Below, piece after piece: positions 1-12,261 of a stretch of DNA of 64,000 nucleotides; positions within the stretch are counted from its first letter, which is position 1, and every line of letters begins with the position of its first letter. The stretch spans positions 3,581 to 67,580 of the forward strand of contig URND01000002.1 in the NCBI GenBank assembly GCA_900549105.1, given 5' to 3'. The notes under the pieces were generated by a model, which worked only from the letters and a program-made list of their open reading frames with translations, was not told where the DNA came from and did no database searches. This stretch comes from an uncultured Eubacteriales bacterium. GTDB taxonomy: Bacteria > Bacillota > Clostridia > Lachnospirales > Lachnospiraceae. Position numbers and translations under genes: made by a program.

Positions 1-188
1 TATTGTAATCACGATAAAGAATGTCTTTCACTATAGGTGTTAAGGAAAAGATGCGTGAAAAAATAAGCAATACAAGTGTTATTGCTTGTGTTGCCATTAA
101 AAGCATGACGGTTACTTGTAAATTCTTTGTTTCAATTAATGTTTCCTGCAAATAGGACAGCGTATCCATTCAAGCGCACTTTTCATAT

Positions 189-776
189 CTATCTTTTCAT
201 TGCCTCGTAGTAACCCAATTTATAAAATCTGTACCATTGCTCAACTTCTTGAGATGGCATAACATTAAGCCCCAACAATACTTCTTTTGCAAACTCCAAA
301 CTCGCTGTTCCATTAGCGGTAATAATATTCTGACTTCTGACCACTTGCTGATTTTTATAATATTTAGCTCCAGAATATTTTTTTCCAATATAATTCTGTA
401 TATCTTCCAATGTATTGCTTGTGTGTTCAATCTCATTCAACAAACCCATAGTTCCAAGAAAAACACTTGCGTCACAAATTCCCGCAATAATCACATTTCT
501 CAATAGGGCTTTATCTACAATGGGAGCTACTTGCTTTGCTTCATCTGTCCTCCAAGATTTACCACCAATCAAAACAAGTCCATAAAATTCTTTATCTATA
601 CATTCAGACAAGGTGTAGTCTGGAATTACAGTAAAACCACCTATTGATTTAACAGGTTTCTTTGTAATGGATACTGTTTTTACACAAAATCCATCTGTTT
701 GATTGATTGCAGCGGAAAGAGGTGTCGCTTCCCATTCGGCAAAATCATCTAAAATAACGAATAAAATTTCTTTCAC
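189..776 (-). CDS. DJ-1/PfpI-family (class I glutamine amidotransferase-like) protein
   Basis: 195-aa ORF with the Rossmann-like pattern 'VLIGGKS' and a putative nucleophile elbow 'IAGICDASVFLG' typical of DJ-1/PfpI proteins. The gene ends in TAG. Confidence 0.5.
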   Translation of the reverse strand: MKEILFVILDDFAEWEATPLSAAINQTDGFCVKTVSITKKPVKSIGGFTVIPDYTLSECIDKEFYGLVLIGGKSWRTDEAKQVAPIVDKALLRNVIIAGICDASVFLGTMGLLNEIEHTSNTLEDIQNYIGKKYSGAKYYKNQQVVRSQNIITANGTASLEFAKEVLLGLNVMPSQEVEQWYRFYKLGYYEAMKR

Positions 777-809
777 ACTAATTTTCTCCTGAATTCTGTC
801 TGCTCTTTT

Positions 810-1232
810 TTACCGTAACAAAGGTAAATTACCTGTCAACTTATTGACCTGCTTTTTGTTGCCGCAGATTGCTATGCCAATGTATTTCAACTCCCTCTCG
901 GAAGTGTTTGCCATTTTATCAATGAACTCATCATAAGTTTTACACCCCTGAGCCAAATCAGAGAAATCAACAACTGTTAGTTCTGAAAATTGCGGTTCAA
1001 ACAACTTTGTTCTGATGGATTTTAACAGCTCTGTATTTCCCTTTAATATCGGTACGGGAAACTGTATGATACCCATGTGGAAGTTTCCCTCTAAATCAGA
1101 CACGTCATTTCCGACAACATCTGGCATTTTCATTCCCATAGTAATACCAAGAATAGCAGCCGTATTAGCAATAATGCCGATTGGCAAATTTTCATCAACT
1201 ACAATCACACATTTTTCATTTTCTATATTCAT
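810..1232 (-). CDS. small cytosolic protein, DUF2000-like (tentative)
   Basis: 140-aa ORF with no other recognisable motifs. Its size and sequence resemble DUF2000-family proteins. It overlaps the downstream gene by 17 nt, suggesting an operon. Confidence 0.35.
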   Translation of the reverse strand: MNIENEKCVIVVDENLPIGIIANTAAILGITMGMKMPDVVGNDVSDLEGNFHMGIIQFPVPILKGNTELLKSIRTKLFEPQFSELTVVDFSDLAQGCKTYDEFIDKMANTSERELKYIGIAICGNKKQVNKLTGNLPLLR

Positions 1233-2130
1233 TTTCTTTTCCTCTTTTCTTAATCTTCAATCTACTTTCCGAAAGAAACAAGCCTATTAAGGTGAGTATC
1301 GTTCCTATTGCGGATACCCATGTAATTTTCTCCCTTAGCACAATAACCGATGTTGCAACAGTAATGACAGGCACCATATAGATATACACACTCGTCTTAA
1401 CAGCACCAAGCATTTTGACAGCATAATTCCAAGTAACAAAGCAAAGAGCTGATGCACCTATGCCCAGATAAATGAGATTTAAGGCATATTCTGGTTTTAC
1501 AACCTTTTGAATGTCTAAGTTGAAATCAAACACAAAAAGAAATGGAAGCATAAAGACAATTCCGTATGTAAATATTCTCCTTGTAGTTTGAACGGTGTTA
1601 TACCCATAACTGCTGATTTTTCTCGTAAGCAACGAATAAAGCGACCATATTAATGCTGCAGCAACCGCTAAAATATCTCCGATAGGATTTAATTCTAATT
1701 CCCTGCCGTTAAAACATATCAGGCATATTCCTACCATAGCAACGAAGAAGCCAATAAAGAACTGTATTTTTAGTTTTTCTTCTGTTTTCATAAAGATATG
1801 TGACAAAACAGCCGTAAAAAACGGAGCGATGGAAATAATAACGCCAACATTAGAAGCCATTGTATAGGTCAATGCGATATTTTCGAGCAGATAATATAAA
1901 CATATACCGCATAACCCCGCCGCAGCAAAAGTAAGCTCCTGCTTTCGGTCTTTTAACTTTAAGCGTTTAGGATAGACGATTATAAGAACCAACAATCCGA
2001 GTAAAAATCTGAAAAAAAGTATTTCTATTGGCGTAAAATCTACAAGAAGTATTTTTGTGGATATGAAGGTTGTTCCCCATATCAAAATCGTAATCAAGGC
2101 GGCTATATGCCCCCTAGTAGTCTTATTCAT
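1216..2130 (-). CDS. EamA/DMT-family transporter
   Basis: 304-aa ORF with about 10 predicted hydrophobic helices. The N-terminus 'IAALITILIWGTTFISTK' is an EamA-like signature. Confidence 0.7.
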   Translation of the reverse strand: MNKTTRGHIAALITILIWGTTFISTKILLVDFTPIEILFFRFLLGLLVLIIVYPKRLKLKDRKQELTFAAAGLCGICLYYLLENIALTYTMASNVGVIISIAPFFTAVLSHIFMKTEEKLKIQFFIGFFVAMVGICLICFNGRELELNPIGDILAVAAALIWSLYSLLTRKISSYGYNTVQTTRRIFTYGIVFMLPFLFVFDFNLDIQKVVKPEYALNLIYLGIGASALCFVTWNYAVKMLGAVKTSVYIYMVPVITVATSVIVLREKITWVSAIGTILTLIGLFLSESRLKIKKRGKENEYRK

Positions 2131-2953
2131 TGCTTTTTCCGCCCTCCTTGAAAATTCGTTTGTACGCGGCAGGCGATAATCCTATAAACATATTAAAGAA
2201 GTTTGAAAAGTGGCTCTGATCTGAAAATCCCGTCTGTATAGCCGCATCAATCGGGGAAACCCCTTGTTCCAACAATGCCTTTGCTCTATCAATACGAATG
2301 GCTTGAAGATACCGATATGGCGTGACGCCTTTCGATTTGGTAAACGCACGAAGCAAAGTTGACTTACTAAGACCGCTGCATTTACAAAGTCCTTCTAACG
2401 TGATATGTTCGGAAAAATGTTCTTCCATAAATGTGCAGGTATTCTCTATTTTCTTGCTGCACTCTGGAATACAGTTAGAGAAAGGCTGACCGTATTGTTC
2501 AATGAGCAGAGAAATGAGAAGCAACAGCATTTCTTCTTTTTCAAATTCCTTAGAGCCATCCATGATTTTCTGATGCAGAGAATGAAGATAACTATTCAGT
2601 TCATCATTTTTAATTACATTCTCTGAAAATCCAAGCAATGTCCTTTTCCCTGTAATTTCCTCTACTAATGAGGACATCGTTTCTTTGGAAATATTCAGCC
2701 CTCTGTAATCAAGCGTTCCTCCATCACATTGCACACAACTGTGATTGTCATTTGGATTGAATAAAAGTATGTTGCCTTGACCTATCGTATATTCCTTGTT
2801 TTTACAAGATAAGGAGCGTTTTCCTGCTTCTATAAACCCAATCACATAATAGTCGTGAAAATGATTGGGAAATGGCTGCCGGGTTCCTTCAAAACGATAT
2901 GCTTCAAGGTGTAAATCTTCGTCATAGCAGACTGTCCGTACTTCTTTTTGCAC
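2123..2953 (-). CDS. AraC-family transcriptional regulator (cupin N-terminal domain, HTH C-terminal domain)
   Basis: The C-terminal double-HTH motif 'GLSKSTLLRAFTKSKGVTPYRYLQAIRIDRAKALL' is typical of AraC/XylS regulators. The N-terminal part is a cupin-like sensing domain. Confidence 0.8.
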   Translation of the reverse strand: MQKEVRTVCYDEDLHLEAYRFEGTRQPFPNHFHDYYVIGFIEAGKRSLSCKNKEYTIGQGNILLFNPNDNHSCVQCDGGTLDYRGLNISKETMSSLVEEITGKRTLLGFSENVIKNDELNSYLHSLHQKIMDGSKEFEKEEMLLLLISLLIEQYGQPFSNCIPECSKKIENTCTFMEEHFSEHITLEGLCKCSGLSKSTLLRAFTKSKGVTPYRYLQAIRIDRAKALLEQGVSPIDAAIQTGFSDQSHFSNFFNMFIGLSPAAYKRIFKEGGKSNE

Positions 2954-3454
2954 AATAATACCTCCTTGTTTTACATATTATACTCGAAAAGTTCGGCAAT
3001 TTCTTGTATGATATCTTCATTTTTGAGAAAAGCGGCAAGGATTGTGATGTCCCCTGCCGCCTGTTTGCTATGCGTAAATGATTTCCTCAAAGATTGTTTT
3101 TGCCATTTGTGTTTCCTCCAGATAAGATATTCACTCCATAGTTATCATGTCTGCTGTTCATAACACGATTCGAGTGTTCTCCTTATCTGGTTTAACTCAT
3201 GTTTGGTAATCCTATAAGTGAGTGGGGTGTTATTAAAGAACTTTCTTGAAAAAGTCAAGAGTTTTGTTTATAATTTTTTTGTGGTAATTGCAAACCAATA
3301 AAAGATTATTCCGGCATCCTTTGAACCATCTGCCTGGACTTTGCCGTACCGTAATATTTAATCACGTATAGAAAAGTATTGAAGAGGACATTCGGAAAAT
3401 TAAGAAAAGGTTTGAAAATAATATTTTGATGCAAACAGTAGTGAGTGGTAAAAA

Positions 3455-3921
3455 ATGAATTTAAAAATGGATGATAAAATAGCAGAACCATACAAAAGTA
3501 ATTTTCAAAAGATACGGGTAATAACAGAACAGTGGGTAAACAACAATTTCTTTTTTATGAGCTACAATAAGCAAGATTTGCAGGTAAGAGATTTTTTGAT
3601 GGTGCCGAAGTATTTTTTCTCTCCGGAAATTATTGAAAAGCGTAAACCATTATCAGATACGTAAGAAGAACAGCATTTATAAAGCAATATAAATTAGATG
3701 CGAGAGGCTGGGTATTGGATGTCTTAAATTGTGTGAATAAGATTGAAGGACGCGATTTTAATCTGGAGCAGATGTACAAATTTCAAGATGCTTTGGCAAA
3801 GAAATATCCTAACAATAATCATATTAAGGATAAAATACGTCAGCAGCTTCAAATATTAAGGGATAAAGGAATTATAGAATTTAGAGGAAGGGGAAATTAC
3901 AGAAAAACAGCGTATAATTGA
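3455..3921 (+). pseudogene. DpnI/Dam-replacing-family (methyl-directed restriction endonuclease-like) gene remnant
   Basis: Two short ORFs in different frames (3455..3664 and 3715..3921) together resemble the N-terminus ('YKSNFQKIRVITEQWV') and the C-terminal winged helix ('KIRQQLQILRDKGIIEFRGRGNYRK') of DpnI/DRP proteins as I recall them. The middle catalytic section is missing and the fragments are joined out of frame. Confidence 0.45.
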
Positions 3922-3974
3922 ATTCAGAGAGCTGAGAAACCTTGAAGTGTTTGATGAAAACGGAGGAGAAATTT

Positions 3975-5471
3975 ATGAAAAAGTATAAAAGATTAATGCT
4001 GTTTTTTGTGTGTATGTGTTTTGCGGCCTTTAGCCTGTCTGCATGTAAAAAGTCAATGGAGACAGAAGCCAACGAAGCGAAGGAAACGCATGAAAAAGAA
4101 ACAGTGGAAAGTGAAATGCAAGAAAAAGAAACGGCGGAGTCTGAAAAAGAATCAGTGCCGGAAACGGAAGGGTCAGAGGAATCGGCGATTCAGTCACCTT
4201 CGGTATGCGGCAGTCTTTCTGTTGAAGGAACACAGCTTGTGGGCGAGCATGGCGAGGCTGTTCAGTTAAGGGGATTGAGTACTCATGGGATTGCCAGTTT
4301 TCCGCAGTATGTCAATGAAGAACTTTTTGGAGAGTTCCGCCGGGAGTGGAAAGCCAATATCATCCGCTTGGCCATGTATACGGCAGAATCCGGGGGCTAT
4401 TGCACAGATGGGGATAAGGAGTATTTGAAAGATTTAGTCCGAAACGGTGTGAAGTATGCCACCAGCCAGGACATGTATGTTATTGTTGACTGGCATATTT
4501 TGTCAGATAATAATCCAAATATGCATAAAGATGAGGCTATAGATTTTTTTGCGCAGATGTCCAAAGAATTTTCCGGGCATAACAATGTCATTTATGAAAT
4601 CTGTAATGAACCAAACGGCGGTACTTCCTGGGAAGAAATCAAGTCCTATGCTCAGGAGGTTATACCGGTGATTCGCGCCAATGCGCCGGATGCGGTGATT
4701 TTGGTGGGAACCCCGAATTGGTCCCAATATGTTAATGAAGCGGCGGCAAACCCGATTACCGGCTATGAAAATATTATGTATACGCTGCATTTTTATGCGG
4801 CTACGCATACCGATGATTTGCGCAGCACCATGACAGCGGCCATTGATGCGGCGCTTCCGGTATTTGTATCAGAGTATGGCATCTGTGACGCCAGCGGCAA
4901 CGGAAATATCGATGAGGCACAGGCAAATGCCTGGGTGCAGGTACTGAATCAATATAATGTTAGTTATATAGCATGGAATATTTCCAATAAAAATGAAACA
5001 TCGGCGATTATTAAAAGTACAGTGGAAAAAACCAGCGGATTTTCCTGGGAGGATTTAAGCGCTTCCGGCCAATGGCTTTACCAGGTTTTAACAAATGAAA
5101 AGGGGAGTGCCTTGGAGGAGGAGGCAGGCCCTGTTCAGAGCAGCAGCCTGGATACGGTCACAAAAAGCGGCGACATGGAGGTCCTGGGGACCCAGGTCAA
5201 ACATTGGGAGTCCAATGGCCAGCAATTTTATCAATATGATTTGACTATAAAAAATACTTCAGGACAGCCGTGCCAGAGTTGGGCGGTGGACGTGAAGTTC
5301 AACAGCGATATCTCTTTGTCTGACAGTTGGAATGGGCAGTATTCTGCCGAGGGAGATACGCTGCATATTTCTTCAATGGATTATAACGGAAATCTCTCCG
5401 CAGGCGGCAGCACGGGCGATGTGGGATTTATTGTCAGCGGCGCAGCGGGGCTGGAGATTTTAGATAATTAA
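3975..5471 (+). CDS. GH5 endoglucanase (cellulase) lipoprotein with a Glu-rich linker and a C-terminal carbohydrate-binding-like module
   Basis: An RBS (GGAGGAG) precedes the ATG at 3975. There is a signal peptide with lipobox 'LSAC'. The catalytic motifs are 'NVIYEICNEPNG' (acid/base NEP) and 'VFVSEYG' (nucleophile). The C-terminal ~100 aa form a Trp/Gly-rich beta module. Confidence 0.85.
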   Translation: MKKYKRLMLFFVCMCFAAFSLSACKKSMETEANEAKETHEKETVESEMQEKETAESEKESVPETEGSEESAIQSPSVCGSLSVEGTQLVGEHGEAVQLRGLSTHGIASFPQYVNEELFGEFRREWKANIIRLAMYTAESGGYCTDGDKEYLKDLVRNGVKYATSQDMYVIVDWHILSDNNPNMHKDEAIDFFAQMSKEFSGHNNVIYEICNEPNGGTSWEEIKSYAQEVIPVIRANAPDAVILVGTPNWSQYVNEAAANPITGYENIMYTLHFYAATHTDDLRSTMTAAIDAALPVFVSEYGICDASGNGNIDEAQANAWVQVLNQYNVSYIAWNISNKNETSAIIKSTVEKTSGFSWEDLSASGQWLYQVLTNEKGSALEEEAGPVQSSSLDTVTKSGDMEVLGTQVKHWESNGQQFYQYDLTIKNTSGQPCQSWAVDVKFNSDISLSDSWNGQYSAEGDTLHISSMDYNGNLSAGGSTGDVGFIVSGAAGLEILDN

Positions 5472-5483
5472 TTATAGACATTA

Positions 5484-7102
5484 ATGCAAGGGAATGAAGA
5501 GATGTTTAAGATTACAGAAGGCGATTTCAGAAATCAGGAATATGGTTCGGAAAATTATCTTACAAATTGGCCAATGTTATACATTCTTGAAAATGGAAAA
5601 CAAGTGTATATTGGTGAATCAAATCATGTAAAGACGCATATGATGGAGCACCATAGTTCTTTAGATAAGCGGATTTTTGATAAAGTACATTTTATTTACT
5701 CTTCAAAGTTTAATCAATCAGTCACATTTGATTATGAATCAAAGCTTATACAGTATATTGCGGCAGATGAATTGTTTGAAGTCAGAAATAAAAATGCTGG
5801 TATTGCAGATAAAGAATACTATGGAAAAAAAGATTATGATGAAAAATTTCATATTTTGTGGAGAAGGCTTCAAGAGGAAAAACTTGTAAAGAATTCCTTA
5901 GAGGAAATAGAAAATTCAGATTTGTTTAAATATTCTCCGTATAAAGAGTTGAATAATGACCAGAGAATTGCTGTTGAGGAAATCCTTCAGGCGATGAAAG
6001 AAAATAGAAAACAGAGTGTAGTTGTTAATGGAATGCCTGGTTCAGGAAAGACGATAGTAGCTATTTTTCTAATGAAATATTTAAAAGATAGTGAGGAATT
6101 TAAAGATAAGTCAATTGGTATGGTTGTTCCGCAGACATCTCTTAGAAGGACTTTGAAGAAAATTTTCAGAAGCATTTATGGACTTCGTCCCTCGGATGTT
6201 TTAAAACCGTCAGATGTTACAAAAAAGAAATATGATATTCTGCTTGTTGATGAGGCTCATAGACTGCATCAATATAAAAATATTTCATATAGAGGGGCAT
6301 ACAAACAGGCATGTGAGAGAATTGGCTTGACTATAGAAAATGATGAGTTGGATTGGATACTGCATCAGTGCGAATGTCCAGTGTTGTTTTACGACAAACT
6401 TCAGGTCGTTGGTCCTTCTGGAATCGACGTAATTCGCTTTGTAAAAAGATGGCTATTGATCGACGAAGCAGATTGACTCGTTATTATACATTATTATCAC
6501 AAATGCGGGTCAGAGGTGGAAATGATTATATTTCGTATATTGAAGGTTTGTTGAGCGGAAGGATAGCTGGGAGAAAAAGTTTTACAGATTATGAGTTTTT
6601 CATGGTAGAAGATTTTGAAATATTTAATCAGTTGCTTTTGGTTAAAGAATCGAAATTTTCATTATCCAGAATGGTTGCTGGGTATGCGTGGGATTGGTGC
6701 AGCAAAAAAGATAAGACACAATATGATATTGAGATTGAAGGGATAAAGAAGCAATGGAACCATTGTACCGAGAGTTGGGTTGATTCCGAGGAAGCAATTA
6801 ATGAAGTAGGATGTATTCATTCAGTTCAAGGATATGATTTGAATTACTGTTTTGTCATTATCGGAAGAGAAATTGGATATGATCTTGAAAAAGGATGTTT
6901 TATAGTTAGACCAGAATGTTATTTTGATAGATATGGAAAGAATACAGCAACCAATGAAGAACTTTTGGATTACATCAAACACATTTATTATGTGCTCATG
7001 ACAAGAGGAATTAGGGGAACGTATCTTTATATTTGCGATGAAGGATTAAAGGAGTATATGAGACGTTATATAGATGTATGGGAGGCGGACTATCATGAAT
7101 AA
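5484..7102 (+). pseudogene. DUF2075-type protein (GIY-YIG-like N-terminus plus SF1-helicase-like P-loop ATPase), frameshifted
   Basis: The N-terminus 'MLYILENGKQVYIGESNHVKTHMMEHH' is GIY-YIG-like. Walker A is 'NGMPGSGKT' and Walker B is 'ILLVDEAHRL'. The C-terminal helicase motifs 'IHSVQGYDLNYCFVIIG' and 'YVLMTRGIRGTYLYI' continue in a second frame (ORF 6353..7102) that overlaps the first ORF (5484..6476) by about 120 nt. This is either a true frameshift or a sequencing error. Confidence 0.6.
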
Positions 7103-7415
7103 AAATACAATTGAAAGAATCAGGAAATTTTCAGATGACAGAGACTGGAATCAATTTCATTCGCCTGCCAATCTTGCAAAATCGATAGTGATTGAGGCGG
7201 CAGAGCTTTTAGAATGCTTTCAATGGAATGATGAGGAGTATGATATCCAGCATGTAAAGGAAGAACTGGCGGATGTTTTGGTATATAGCCAGAATCTGTT
7301 GGATAAGTTGGGCTTAGATGCAGATGAAATTGTAAATATGAAGATGTCACAGAATGAAGAAAAGTATCCGGTGGAGAAAGCAAAGGGAAGTGCTGCAAAG
7401 TATGACCAGCTCTAA
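7095..7415 (+). CDS. MazG-like nucleoside triphosphate pyrophosphohydrolase (small all-alpha NTP-PPase)
   Basis: The ~106-aa protein (from MNKNTIERI) carries the EExxE/D metal-binding helices 'AAELLECFQW' and 'EELADVLVY'. Its start overlaps the end of the DUF2075 gene. Confidence 0.65.
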   Translation: MNKNTIERIRKFSDDRDWNQFHSPANLAKSIVIEAAELLECFQWNDEEYDIQHVKEELADVLVYSQNLLDKLGLDADEIVNMKMSQNEEKYPVEKAKGSAAKYDQL

Positions 7416-8049
7416 AAATAGTACATTAGATTGCTATAATGAAAATTCAGATTCATATGTAGCAGAGACTGTTGGGGTAGATTTTCAACAGATTCAGGAT
7501 AAGTTTTTGAATAGGTTTGATTTAGGAGCCTATATTCTTGATTTTGGTTGCGGTTCAGGGAGAGATACCCAATATTTTCTAGAGTAGGGATATAGAGTGG
7601 ATGTGATAGATGGCTCGGGAGAACTATGTAGAATAGCAAGTGAGTATACAGGAATTCAAGTAAAGCAGATGTTGTTTCAGAAATTGGATGTCTGTGAAAA
7701 ATACGATGGTATATAGGCATGTTCATCCATATTGCATCTCTCAAAAAAGGAATTGAAAGTAGTTTTCAGGAAAATGATAGCAATATCTCATTCAAAAGAA
7801 AATCCATTTAAAAGATATTTGGATTATTTGAAAGAAATGAGGCTTCTTAACATGGAGGAAGAATTACCATTTCGGAGACTTGGCAGAGAATTTATCAATT
7901 TGCTTGAGACAACAAACATGTCAAAGATTTCTGATAAGGAACATATCAAGAAGATCATGCAGATGCCAGTACACTTTTTGCAGGAATCCGGAAAAGGATT
8001 TTTTATAAAAAAGGATGGAGTTACATTGTCAATGAGGGAGGAACTGTGA
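7401..8049 (+). pseudogene. class I SAM-dependent methyltransferase interrupted by two in-frame TAG codons
   Basis: Motif I 'ILDFGCGSGRD' is present. A single reading frame continues through TAG at 7585-7587 ('YFLE*GYRVDVIDGS') and TAG at 7714-7716 ('YDGI*ACSSILHL', where methyltransferases normally have W or Y). The 3' part (ORF 7732..8049) is in the same frame. Confidence 0.5.
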
Positions 8050-8152
8050 TATGTGGCAGGTCATCTAATACTGGTAGAACAGATGAAGGAAGTTATTGAG
8101 TATAGGACAATGGACTATTATCGGAGAGGATACAGGCTTAAGGGGTGAAATC

Positions 8153-9397
8153 ATGGCGTACAGCGAGCTCGTGAAGAACTTTAACCGCATTCGTGAGTAT
8201 ATGCGTGAGTTTTATGTTTATGGTTTTAAAAGCCGGGATGAGTATACAGGGAAAAGCGCTCGTTCCTATGATGACGAGCGGCGCAGGTTGGAGAGTTGGC
8301 TTGGTGATTATATGCGGTTTCGGCAGACGCCGGATGGCAAAAATGTTTTCATTTCCATAGACAGCCGTGTTTCACGGCATAATCCGCTATATAAGGCGTG
8401 GAAAGCGAAGAGTTTTACCGATGGGGATATTACGCTGCATTTTATTCTGATGGACATTTTAGCTGTGTCAGATACGCTGATAACTCTTGGGGATATCACC
8501 AGCCGGGTTGACGCCTATCTTTCCGGTTTTGAAATGCCGAGGCTGTTTGATGAATCAACGGTGCGTAAGAAATTGAAAGAATATGTTTCAGAGGGAATTG
8601 TCATCGCTGAAAAGCGGGGAAAAACGATGTACTACAGCCGCGCAGAGATGTCGGAAGTTTATGGCACGGATGTATTAGACTTTTTTTCGGAAGTGTCACC
8701 GTGCGGAGTGATTGGCTCTTTTCTGCTGGATAAGGGAGACAGGCCTGAACCCCATTTTGCTTATAAGCATCATTATATGACCGGGGCTTTGGACAGTGAA
8801 ATTCTCTGTCGGCTTTTTATGGCTATGCGGGAGAAGCGGATGGTCACTCTTGAGACAATTAATCGGAATAAGGCGAGGGTTACAGAGAAAAAAGTGATTC
8901 CTCTGCGTATTATGTTCAGTGCTCAGAGCGGCCGCCAGTATCTCATGGCTTACTCACCGCGATTTCGGAGAATCACCCCCTATAGAACAGACAATATTAT
9001 TTCTGTGAAGGCTGATGCGGTCAGTCCCCGGTTTGATGAACTGAGGGAGAAGCTTGATGCGATGAAGGAACATATGTGGGGTGTGAGTACGCAGAGTAAA
9101 TCGGGGCAGCGCATGGAGCATGTGGAATTTACCCTTCGTTATGGGGATGATGAGCAGCATATTCACCAAAGGCTGGAACGGGAGAAACGATGCGGAAGCG
9201 TTGAGAAAATTGATAATCATACAAGCCGGTTTTCTGCGGATATTTATGATGCAAGTGAAATTGTTCCGTGGATTCGTACGTTTATCTGCCGTATTACTGA
9301 TATTCATTTTTCGGATAAAAATCTTGAAATCCAGTTTAAGAATGATATCCGGCAAATGTACAGGCTTTATGATGTGGAGGGCGGTGAAACGGTATGA
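8153..9397 (+). CDS. WYL-domain transcriptional regulator (first of a pair)
   Basis: An RBS (AAGGGGTGA) precedes the ATG at 8153. There is an N-terminal winged-HTH region and a C-terminal region typical of WYL/WCX regulators. It is translationally coupled to the next gene through an ATGA overlap at 9394. Confidence 0.55.
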   Translation: MAYSELVKNFNRIREYMREFYVYGFKSRDEYTGKSARSYDDERRRLESWLGDYMRFRQTPDGKNVFISIDSRVSRHNPLYKAWKAKSFTDGDITLHFILMDILAVSDTLITLGDITSRVDAYLSGFEMPRLFDESTVRKKLKEYVSEGIVIAEKRGKTMYYSRAEMSEVYGTDVLDFFSEVSPCGVIGSFLLDKGDRPEPHFAYKHHYMTGALDSEILCRLFMAMREKRMVTLETINRNKARVTEKKVIPLRIMFSAQSGRQYLMAYSPRFRRITPYRTDNIISVKADAVSPRFDELREKLDAMKEHMWGVSTQSKSGQRMEHVEFTLRYGDDEQHIHQRLEREKRCGSVEKIDNHTSRFSADIYDASEIVPWIRTFICRITDIHFSDKNLEIQFKNDIRQMYRLYDVEGGETV

Positions 9398-10305
9398 TTT
9401 TCAGTGAACTCTACAGTGTTTATTATAATACAGTTGCGGAAATTTTGAAGGCTGCGATTGACCATCCTCTGGGAAAAAATGAATTGAGGCGGATTGTGGA
9501 GGAGCGGGCCTTTGGCGAAAGTATATTGAATATTGAACCTTCATTGATGGAAGGCAGATGGCAGCTATTGAAGCGGGACGGAACTACCCCTATTCAGAGT
9601 GTGCCTTCGATGCCGCTGACGATGATACAAAAGCGTTGGCTGAAAGCAATTTCCCTGGATTCAAGAATTCGATTGTTTCAGGATGAACTCATGGTTCTTC
9701 CGGATGTGGAGCCGCTTTTTACGGAAGAAGATATCTGCATCTTTGATAAGTATGCGGACGGTGATAATTATAGGGATGAAGCATACATAAAAAATTTTCG
9801 GCGGATTCTGGATGCTGTCAGAAACCGCTATCCTCTGAGCATCGATGTTCTTAATCGCAGAGGTCATAGGACACCTATAATATTAATGCCAGAATATTTG
9901 GAGTATTCTGAGAAGGATGATAAATTCCGGCTGATCGGTTCGGGATGCCGTTTTGGCAGAACAGTGAATCTGGGAAGAATTATCCGTTGCGAGCGGTATA
10001 CGGGGGCAAATGTCATTGGTTCTAATGAACGGAAGCTTCAGAGGCCGCGAAGTGTTCAATTTGAACTTGTAAATCGGAGGAATGCCCTGGAGCGGGTTCT
10101 TCTGCATTTTGCTCATTTTGAGAAGCAGGCGGAACGAATTGATGGCCAGCGCTATAAGGTAACGATTTATTATGATAAAGATGATGAGACGGAGATGGTT
10201 ATTCGAATTCTTTCATTTGGACCTATGATAAAGGTTACAGCCCCGGCCCATTTCATAAACTTAATAAAAGAGCGGTTGATTCATCAGAAAAGTTGCGGGT
10301 TTTAA
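9394..10305 (+). CDS. WYL-domain transcriptional regulator (second of a pair)
   Basis: The C-terminus 'YKVTIYYDKDDETEMVIRILSFGPMIKVTAPAHFINLIKERL' resembles the WCX extension of WYL regulators. The paired arrangement is like PafB/PafC. Confidence 0.55.
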   Translation: MIFSELYSVYYNTVAEILKAAIDHPLGKNELRRIVEERAFGESILNIEPSLMEGRWQLLKRDGTTPIQSVPSMPLTMIQKRWLKAISLDSRIRLFQDELMVLPDVEPLFTEEDICIFDKYADGDNYRDEAYIKNFRRILDAVRNRYPLSIDVLNRRGHRTPIILMPEYLEYSEKDDKFRLIGSGCRFGRTVNLGRIIRCERYTGANVIGSNERKLQRPRSVQFELVNRRNALERVLLHFAHFEKQAERIDGQRYKVTIYYDKDDETEMVIRILSFGPMIKVTAPAHFINLIKERLIHQKSCGF

Positions 10306-10325
10306 AAGGTTCGCAACTTTTTTTC
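10292..10325 (+). terminator. putative intrinsic terminator after the WYL pair
   Basis: A 6-bp stem (GTTGCG...CGCAAC) encloses a 14-nt loop and is followed by TTTTTTT. The stem is weak but the T-tract is strong. Confidence 0.4.
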
Positions 10326-10384
10326 CGTGATAAGCTATTTGCCGTTATATAAAATGGGAATAGAAATAAGAAAGGGTGAGCAGG

Positions 10385-12211
<1,827 letters not shown>

Positions 12212-12261
12212 AGATACACCTTCCTTGATTTTTTATGATTTTGAAAATCGAAAGGATGATG

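Noticed and set aside
4006-4269. Lys/Arg-rich 87-aa ORF in an alternative frame of the GH5 gene
   Set aside because: It is the +1 frame of the Glu-rich linker (GAA/GAG runs read as AAG/AGA). It is a compositional artefact.
7585-7716. Pyrrolysine or another programmed recoding of the in-frame TAG codons
   Set aside because: There are no pyl-like genes or methylamine methyltransferase context in the window, and TAG also acts as an ordinary terminator here (the 189..776 gene). Pseudogenisation is simpler. I kept it as a low-priority finding rather than asserting recoding.
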